Positions 8,182-13,944 of a DNA stretch of 13,944 bases are shown here, one piece after another; position 1 is the stretch's first letter; each line of letters opens with the position of its first letter. A model generated the notes under the pieces. The model saw only the letters and a list, made by a program, of their open reading frames with translations, was not told where the DNA came from and made no database searches. The DNA is from Pedosphaera sp. (GTDB lineage Bacteria > Verrucomicrobiota > Verrucomicrobiia > Limisphaerales > SIBH01), in contig JANOQV010000226.1 in NCBI GenBank assembly GCA_031414955.1, forward strand, positions 1 to 13,944, in the 5' to 3' direction. A program made the position numbers and the translations under genes.

Positions 8182-8213
8182 AAAATAAAACCGGGGCGAC
8201 CGCTCGCGCCCAG
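8182..8213 (-). terminator. Intrinsic terminator of the 77-aa gene
   Basis: The minus strand just after the TAA reads CTGGGCGCGA-gcgg-TCGCCCCGG (stem with one bulge and a G-U pair) followed by TTTTATTTT. Confidence 0.7.
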
Positions 8214-8214
8214 A

Positions 8215-8448
8215 TTACTTCTTGGCCGCTTTCTGCTTGGCCCAGCGGGCGTGCTGAGCAGCCGAAATCTTGGCCCGGGCCTCGGCCGACATCTTCCGGC
8301 GGCGACGCACCACCCGGCCCTTTGCGGGGGCCGAGTCAGGAACGCCCAAGATGGCCGCAAGTTTCTTTTCGAGCTTCTGGATTCGCCCTTTGATGGCCGC
8401 CGCCCTGTTGAGTTGGGCGATCGACAAGTTAGCCAAGGTATTTGCCAT
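8215..8448 (-). CDS. Small basic protein with an N-terminal coiled coil and a C-terminal Arg/Lys/Ala-rich helix; putative DNA-binding/nucleoid protein
   Basis: ATG start, own terminator and protein-like sequence: LSIAQLNRAAAIKGRIQKLEKKLAAILG, a linker, then RRRRKMSAEARAKISAAQHARWAKQKAAKK. Confidence 0.8.
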   Translation of the reverse strand: MANTLANLSIAQLNRAAAIKGRIQKLEKKLAAILGVPDSAPAKGRVVRRRRKMSAEARAKISAAQHARWAKQKAAKK

Positions 8449-8459
8449 GATGTTGATTC

Positions 8460-8486
8460 AGTATCTTCGGCGCGGGTTGAAGTCAA
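8460..8486 (-). promoter_or_regulatory. Possible promoter for the 77-aa gene
   Basis: TTGACT (8486-8481) and GATACT (8465-8460) are present, but the spacer is only 15 bp. It would give a very short leader. Confidence 0.3.
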
Positions 8487-8542
8487 GCCGCCCGGCTGTC
8501 CAGCCCAGGGCAGGCGCAGCAAAATGTTTGGTTCCACGGGCT

Positions 8543-8660
8543 AAAACTCAAAATCCAAACCCCAAATAAGCTCTCCATTCCAAACTCCCATGGGAGCGCG
8601 AACGCCTGGTTTTGGAATTTGGGCCGTTGGAATTTAGTTGGGATTTGGGTTTTGGGTTTT
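8543..8660. repeat. Inverted array of degenerate heptamers (YCCAAAH / DTTTGGR) forming a long hairpin
   Basis: The left arm aaaa-ctcaaaa-tccaaac-cccaaataagc...tccaaac aligns unit by unit with the reverse complement of the right arm, aaaa-cccaaaa-cccaaat-cccaactaaat...cccaaat-tccaaaa. Confidence 0.75.
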
Positions 8661-8707
8661 CGTGCGAAACACCGCGCAATTAGAGGCGATTGTAAAACCC
8701 TGTTTGG

Positions 8708-8736
8708 CGGAGCGCCGCAAGGATCGCGGCGCTCCG
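8708..8736. terminator. Perfect 11-bp GC hairpin (terminator or REP-like) downstream of the CxxCH gene
   Basis: CGGAGCGCCGC-aaggatc-GCGGCGCTCCG lies about 100 bp past the 8836 stop. A short T-run follows on the plus strand. Confidence 0.55.
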
Positions 8737-8835
8737 ACTTTTGCAATCGCCTCATTAGATGCGTCTGCCCTGCTGTCCAACCGCAGGCTTGAGCATCCCG
8801 ACGGTGGCCGATCCGCGACGACGAACCGTTTCAAC

Positions 8836-11754
8836 TTATCGCGCCGGCCCGGCCCGGAGAATGAACTCGATCAGGTCGGCCATGGGTTGCACGCCAAGAC
8901 CTTCCTCCAGACCCTCGGGCATGAGCGAACGCTCACTGGCCTTCAGGTTGGCGACGGATTCGCGCGCCAAGTTCTGCCTTTCGCCATTGGGCACCTGCAA
9001 GGAAATGGTCGCGGTCGTCTCGCTGACCAGCACCCCGAGGAACGAATCGCCAGCCTTGGTCTCCACGGTATAGGCGGTGAAGCCGGCGGCGATCTCCGCG
9101 TTCGGATCGAGGATGCTGCGCAGCAACTTTTCCTTGCCGCCCGCCGCAGCCCCGACGAGATCCGGGCCGACGGCAAAGCCTTCGCGACCGGAGCGGTGGC
9201 ACGAAGCGCACCGCTGCTGGTAGAGTCCGTGTCCGCGAACGGCGTCCCCGACCAGGTCGAGGGCGGGACGGAATGTCTTCAGCACTGCCTCACGAGGGGC
9301 GGATTCGGACTGGAGGATGCGCCGCGCGTCGGTGCGCACGCCACCATCCGCGTGAGTGGTCAATCGCTGCACATCGGCGGCAGCGAGTTCGCGGCGGGCG
9401 ATGATCCCCTGCTCCACCGCTTGCAACAGGGACATGGCTCCGTCGCGACGGCTGAGCAGCAAGGCGATGGCTTTGAGCCGGGCGGAGGGCGCGAGTTGCA
9501 CCCAGCGGGCAGTGAGGTTGGTGATGGAACTGTCGCGGCGTTTGACCACGGCGGCGAGGGCGGCGCTTTGCACCGGGGCAGGCACGGAGGCCGCCAGCAA
9601 GGCGAGAACCACGCCGCGAGATTTGGCGTCGTTGGCGGTGGAGAGAAATTCGACGGCCTGAATGCGCGGCCCGTCCTCCGCTGCGGAGTCCGTCACCAGC
9701 GTCCACGCCTGCTGGATGTAATCAGCGGCAAGCCTCGCGTCCACGGAGGCCAGGGTGAGATTGCGGCGCTCCAAACCGGCCGCAAAAGCACCGGCCCAGG
9801 CGAACGCCTCCGGCGAGTTTGCGGCCACGCGCAGGCCGAGCGCCACGCGCTCCAACGGCGCGCCCGCTCCGGCCAGACGGGCCAGCTCAGACAAAACTTC
9901 GGCAGCATGAACCTGGGCGGTGAAGTCAGGATTTGCGACCAGCCCGGCGAAGAAATCCCCGGCCTCGGCCAGTGACATTCCATTCAGCACCGCCGCGCGA
10001 ATCCACGGCTCGCCCCCATCGCGCGTGAGAAGTTTCATCAACACCACCCAGTCGGTCTGCGACCGAGCCAGCTGAAAACGCACGGTCGGATCCGGATCCT
10101 CGACCAGCGTGCGGAAGACTTCAGCCTCCAACCCCCACACGGCGGGCGCGAGCCGGACCGCATGGCGGCGCACCACCGCGTTGGGGTCAGCCAGCGCCTC
10201 GCGCACCAGTTCAGGACGCAAGGCGCGCTGACCGTGCAAGACATGCAGGGCGTGAACCCGCGCGAGGGTGAAAGCGGATTCGCGCACCAACGACTCCAGC
10301 GCCGGGGTCTGATCCGGATCACGTCGCTCAAACAAAAGTCGCGCGGCCGTGTCGCGATGCCAGCCATTCGAATGCGTGAGCGTCTGCACCAAACCGGCCG
10401 TGCTGAAGGAGCCGAGACTCGCGAACACCCTCGGTTTGAAGCCGGACGGCACGATGCGATAAATCCGCCCGCGACTGTTCCCGCTGTCCAAGTCCAGCCG
10501 GCTCTTCAACTCCGGCGGCAACGACCACGGGTGCTCGATGGTCTCGCGATACATGTCCACCGCGTAGAGCGTGCCGTCGGGGGCGTTGGCGAAGGAAACG
10601 GGCCGGAACCAGTTGTCGCGCGAGGCGATGAACTCGCGCTTCTGCTCATCCGCGGCGCGCTCGGCGATGAAGTTCAAGCCGTCGCGGCGAATCTTTTTGC
10701 GGTGAATCAAGTTGCTGCCGCAGTCCGCGACGAAGGCATCGCCGCGATACTCGGGCGGGAAGGCATCGCCGCGATAAATCATCACTCCCGCCGCGCCGGT
10801 GAAATAGCCCGAGGCACGTCCGCCGCCCTCGACCGGACCAGCCACCAGACCCGCCACGCGCCATTTGGTGCGGAGCACGCGCCACGGCTCGTCGGGACTG
10901 AGGCGATACACCTCGGCGGCCGGACCATCGAGCGCGATGCTCACATCGGGCGGGGGCCAAATGGCGATGGTGTTCCGCGCGGGTGGAAACTCCTCATACA
11001 TGTCCACGGCGATATGGCGCGAGTTGCTGCAGATGAATTTGTTTCCCTCGTCATCGTAGCTCAGACCCCACTGGCCGCCGCCGGCCTCAGAGCGCATCTC
11101 CAAAGTGCGCGGGTCAAACGAGAAATCCCTCCCGCGCAGCACGACCAGCCTCGCCTCGCGTCGCATCAGGTTGGTGATCACGCCCGCATTGCCGCCCAGC
11201 GCACCGTGGATGCGATTGTCGATTCCCCAGGTGAAGCTGTTCAAAAGCTGCTGCACGTTGAGCTTCGTCGTGCTGTTGCCGAAGCCGGTGAACACGGTCT
11301 GCCGCACATCCGCCACGCCGTCGCCAGTGGTGTCCTTGAGGTAGAGAATGTCCGGCGAAGCGCCAACGAAAATGCCGCCGTCATAACAAATCACCGCCGT
11401 GGGCCAGGGCAGGTTCGTGGCGTAAAGCGTGGCCCGGTCGAAGCGCCCGTCACCATCCGTGTCTTCCAGCAGCTTGATGCTCCCAAGCCGTTCGTCGCGG
11501 CGCTCGGAGTAATCAATCATCTGCACCACGAACATCCGCCCATGCTCATCGAAAGTGATCGCCACCGGGCTGGCGACGAGGGGCTCGCTCGCCACCAGTT
11601 CCATGCGCATGCCATCCCGCACCTGCATCGTCGTGAGGGCTTGGGCCGGCTCCGTGGCTGGCACCCGCGGCAGGTCAGCCTCGCGCACCTGCAACTCCGC
11701 TGCTGCCGCCGCACAGGCCAGCAATGCAGTCCAAACCAGTTGGGCAGTGAACAT
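8836..11754 (-). CDS. PVC-type putative membrane-bound dehydrogenase (beta-propeller) with HEAT-like repeats and a C-terminal heme-binding cytochrome c domain
   Basis: ELVASEPLVASPVAITFDEHGRMFV, LEDTDGDGRFD, WGIDNRIHGA, GGGQWGLSYDDEG and WFRPVSFANAPDGTLYAVDMYR are followed by HEAT-like helices, then CASCH, VGPDL, SILDPN and SLMPEGLE. The start is placed at ATG 11754 (MFTAQLVWTALLACAAAAAE, signal-peptide-like) rather than the track's 11826. Confidence 0.92.
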   Translation of the reverse strand: MFTAQLVWTALLACAAAAAELQVREADLPRVPATEPAQALTTMQVRDGMRMELVASEPLVASPVAITFDEHGRMFVVQMIDYSERRDERLGSIKLLEDTDGDGRFDRATLYATNLPWPTAVICYDGGIFVGASPDILYLKDTTGDGVADVRQTVFTGFGNSTTKLNVQQLLNSFTWGIDNRIHGALGGNAGVITNLMRREARLVVLRGRDFSFDPRTLEMRSEAGGGQWGLSYDDEGNKFICSNSRHIAVDMYEEFPPARNTIAIWPPPDVSIALDGPAAEVYRLSPDEPWRVLRTKWRVAGLVAGPVEGGGRASGYFTGAAGVMIYRGDAFPPEYRGDAFVADCGSNLIHRKKIRRDGLNFIAERAADEQKREFIASRDNWFRPVSFANAPDGTLYAVDMYRETIEHPWSLPPELKSRLDLDSGNSRGRIYRIVPSGFKPRVFASLGSFSTAGLVQTLTHSNGWHRDTAARLLFERRDPDQTPALESLVRESAFTLARVHALHVLHGQRALRPELVREALADPNAVVRRHAVRLAPAVWGLEAEVFRTLVEDPDPTVRFQLARSQTDWVVLMKLLTRDGGEPWIRAAVLNGMSLAEAGDFFAGLVANPDFTAQVHAAEVLSELARLAGAGAPLERVALGLRVAANSPEAFAWAGAFAAGLERRNLTLASVDARLAADYIQQAWTLVTDSAAEDGPRIQAVEFLSTANDAKSRGVVLALLAASVPAPVQSAALAAVVKRRDSSITNLTARWVQLAPSARLKAIALLLSRRDGAMSLLQAVEQGIIARRELAAADVQRLTTHADGGVRTDARRILQSESAPREAVLKTFRPALDLVGDAVRGHGLYQQRCASCHRSGREGFAVGPDLVGAAAGGKEKLLRSILDPNAEIAAGFTAYTVETKAGDSFLGVLVSETTATISLQVPNGERQNLARESVANLKASERSLMPEGLEEGLGVQPMADLIEFILRAGPAR

Positions 11755-12159
11755 GCCCGAATCAAACGCAAACGCCGGGAAAGTTCCAAACAACAAAATG
11801 CCGCGCCAGCGCGCGGAGCGCGACACGCTCGTAAGAGCCTGTCTGCAAAGTCGTTTGGGCGGCGCAGGTCACTAGCCCCGGAGTGCGTCCGTCCCCGGGC
11901 GCAGCCACTTGGCCAAGGCGGCCGGTGTGGATTTTTCCAACGCGCTCGGCGTCATCACCTTGCTGTGCCCGGGGACGGGCTCACTCCGGGGCCGAATTTT
12001 CAGACCGGTTCTAACGCTGTCCCCACTCCAATGGTGGTAACTGCCAGGGCTTGTTTTCCAAACCCAGGCGCGCTGGTTTGATCCACGGCCCGCCAGATGG
12101 GTCCGGGGCGAAGCGACTTTGCGTTTGGCAGGGACGAGGAGTTGAGGAATCTTCGGCGC

Positions 12160-13458
12160 GTGCGTTCCCTGTTCATCGCCTCTGCCGTCCTGCTGTGTGC
12201 CGCGCCCTCCTTCGCGCGCACGGGGATCGTGCGCACCCTCACGGGTGAAACCTACGAGGGCCAGATCCGTTTTGTACCCGGTCAAGTCCGGGTGGTGAAT
12301 GCCACGGCCGGGTTGATGCTCGGCATCGACATGACCAATGTGGCTCGCCTCTCCTTTCCCACCAACGGCAGCCCGAGCACGTCCCCCGGGCCGCTGGTCG
12401 AAGCGGTGCCCGAGGGCTGGCAGGAGGCGGACATCGGCCGAGCGCAGATTCCCGGCAGCACGCGCCACGAAGGGAACACCTTCACCGTGCGCGGCTCCGG
12501 CCCGCACATCGAGGGCGAGGCTGACTCGTTTCACTACGTCTTCAAACCGGTGCGCGGGGACAGCGAAATTGTGGCCGAAGTGGTAAGCATTCAATACACC
12601 CATCCCAACGCCAGGGCCGGCCTGATGATGCGCGAGAACCTGAATGATTATTCGCGTCATGTGATGCTCGCGCTAACGGCGATGCGCGGCGGCCTGAGCC
12701 TGGCGCGCACCACGGAGCGATCCATCACCAAGACTTCAACGCCCCTCCCGGCTTTCGCGCCCCACTGGTTGAAATTGAAACGGCAGGGCGATGAATTCAC
12801 CGCCTCCATTTCGCCCAACGGCCGGCTCTGGACCCAAGTGGAAAAACGCCTGCTGCCCATGGCGGAGAATTTTTACGTTGGTCTGGCCGTGGCCAGCGGC
12901 AACGACACGCTGCTCAACTGGACCACTTTTAGCAAAGTCCGCGAAGCGGCCCGGCTCTTCAACGAGGACCACAACCCCGAGGTCGAAATGGTCAGCGGCT
13001 CCCTTTTCACCGGACGCCCCGAGCGCGCCAGCCAGAGCGAGGTGCATTTTAGCGGCACGCCCAAGGTGTTGCGCGTCCCCACCGACCGCGTGGCCCGCCT
13101 CGCTTACGCGCCGCTTTCCGGCGAAATGGCGTGGAAGACCCGCGTCAGCCGCTCCGGCGTATGGGTCAACACGGGTGATTTTTTCGACGGCGAATTCCGG
13201 GGCATCGAAAACCGCCGCCTGACCATCAGCTCCGTACTCTACGGCCTGCGCACCTTCGACATCGACGATGAGGTGCTGGCCGTGGTCTTGCAACCGCGCC
13301 AGGCCCAAAGCGCACCGTTTGAAATCGAAACGACCGACGGCTCCGTGCTGCTGGCGTCCGAAGTCACGCTGGCCGAGGGCGAAATCCGCTTGCGCGAGTC
13401 CGCGTTGGGCGAGGTGCGTCTGCCGGCCTTCGAGCTTCTGGATCTGCGCCGCCGCTAA
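12160..13458 (+). CDS. Secreted protein with a ConA-like (DUF1349-like) beta-sandwich domain and four short beta-rich repeats
   Basis: Signal peptide VRSLFIASAVLLCAAPSFA. The segment WQEADIG...FTVRGSG..IEGEADSFHYVFKPVRGDSEIVAEV...ARAGLMMRE...WLKLKRQGDEFTASISPNGRLW...YVGLAVAS is typical of this ConA-like domain. The start is uncertain (GTG 12160, TTG 12142 or ATG 12097). Confidence 0.85.
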   Translation: MRSLFIASAVLLCAAPSFARTGIVRTLTGETYEGQIRFVPGQVRVVNATAGLMLGIDMTNVARLSFPTNGSPSTSPGPLVEAVPEGWQEADIGRAQIPGSTRHEGNTFTVRGSGPHIEGEADSFHYVFKPVRGDSEIVAEVVSIQYTHPNARAGLMMRENLNDYSRHVMLALTAMRGGLSLARTTERSITKTSTPLPAFAPHWLKLKRQGDEFTASISPNGRLWTQVEKRLLPMAENFYVGLAVASGNDTLLNWTTFSKVREAARLFNEDHNPEVEMVSGSLFTGRPERASQSEVHFSGTPKVLRVPTDRVARLAYAPLSGEMAWKTRVSRSGVWVNTGDFFDGEFRGIENRRLTISSVLYGLRTFDIDDEVLAVVLQPRQAQSAPFEIETTDGSVLLASEVTLAEGEIRLRESALGEVRLPAFELLDLRRR

Positions 13459-13573
13459 ACCTGAACGCTCCACGCCGCCAGGACGTCTCGCTCTCGCACC
13501 CCCAAAAAAACACACCCGGCCGTTGAAGCCGGAACTCCGAAGTCGAACTTCAGCCCGGCCCGTGGCCTTTCCC

Positions 13574-13680
13574 CGGAGCGCGGGTTTTCAACCCGCTACA
13601 GCGGGCCGAGGCGGAAGGCGTTGGAACTATTTTGATCTCCGGCGTAAGCGGCTTGCGGCGGGTTAAAAACCCGCGCTCCG
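13574..13680. repeat. REP doublet (REPIN-like): two inverted 23-bp palindromic units
   Basis: CGGAGCGCGGGTTTTCAACCCGC (13574-13596) and GCGGGTTAAAAACCCGCGCTCCG (13658-13680) are complementary at 22 of 23 positions. Each contains an internal GCGGGTT...AACCCGC palindrome. Confidence 0.8.
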
Positions 13681-13719
13681 TCGAGAATGGAGGGCGGCGG
13701 TGGCCGCGCCTCGACCATG

Positions 13720-13750
13720 AAAAAGGCCGGAGGAAAATTCCTCCGGCCTT
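13720..13750 (-). terminator. Intrinsic terminator of the PEP-CTERM gene
   Basis: AAGGCCGGAGGAA-aa-TTCCTCCGGCCTT palindrome. On the minus strand the stem runs into TTTTT, 25 bp after the TGA. Confidence 0.8.
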
Positions 13751-13775
13751 GCTTCCGCAAATCATCGGGCCCGCT

Positions 13776-13943
13776 TCAGCCCTGGCCCCGCCGCCGCCAG
13801 GCTCGCAGCCCTGTCGCCGCCAGCCCCAGCCCACCAAAAATCCCCAGCGCCCACGTCGCCGGCTCCGGCACCACCGTCAGCTCCAGTTCCCAACTCACCA
13901 ACGTGCTCACGTCCCCGCCCGACATGTCCGCCACGAACAAGGT
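13776..13943 (-). CDS. 3' end of a PEP-CTERM sorting-domain protein, probably with a proprotein-convertase P-like domain (partial, not in the ORF track)
   Basis: Manual translation gives TLFVADMSGGDVSTLVSWELELTVVPEPATWALGIFGGLGLAATGLRAWRRRGQG*, i.e. VPEP, a hydrophobic helix and an Arg cluster. Confidence 0.93.
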   Translation of the reverse strand, partial: TLFVADMSGGDVSTLVSWELELTVVPEPATWALGIFGGLGLAATGLRAWRRRGQG

Positions 13944-13944
13944 C

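Noticed and set aside
8483..8755. 90-aa ORF containing KPKTQIPTKFQRPKFQ
   Set aside because: The periodic sequence is just the translation of the heptamer DNA repeat.
11762..11790. GGAAC...CGTT ECF-type promoter upstream of the CxxCH gene
   Set aside because: The spacing (14 bp) is shorter than usual for such promoters and too weak to call.
8638..12081. Long plus-strand ORFs 8638-9975 and 10162-12081
   Set aside because: Antisense shadows of the CxxCH dehydrogenase gene, with a composition typical of GC-rich reverse frames.
11872..13515. Minus-strand ORFs 11872-12660 and 12736-13515
   Set aside because: Antisense to the ConA-like protein gene, which has a signal peptide and a recognisable domain.
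13550..13837. 95-aa minus-strand ORF from the track
   Set aside because: Wrong frame of the PEP-CTERM gene, running through its terminator and the REP doublet.
1..13944. CRISPR array, tRNA, rRNA, transposase or integrase
   Set aside because: No regularly spaced direct repeats, cloverleaf or rRNA signatures, or recombinase motifs were recognised by eye.

Overview
GC-rich bacterial chromosomal DNA, most likely Verrucomicrobiota (PVC superphylum). This is inferred from a PVC-type CxxCH dehydrogenase, a PEP-CTERM protein and a PVC-style Ser/Thr kinase. The core is the housekeeping operon rpmH-rnpA-yidD-yidC-jag(khpB) on the minus strand, without the dnaA and mnmE neighbours it often has. rpmH is missing from the ORF track. 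Left of the operon are a truncated receiver-domain ORF and a 1277-aa membrane Ser/Thr kinase whose C-terminal part is three tandem capped LRR modules with visibly lower GC than the kinase half. Right of it are a 77-aa basic nucleoid-protein candidate, a PVC-type dehydrogenase/cytochrome c protein, a secreted beta-repeat plus ConA-like protein, and the 3' end of a PEP-CTERM gene (also missing from the track). Intergenic spaces hold three unrelated inverted-repeat elements, several terminators, a good sigma70 promoter for rpmH and a pho-box-like direct repeat. No CRISPR array, rRNA, tRNA or transposase was seen. The best candidates for new biology are the modular LRR receptor kinase and the small basic protein.
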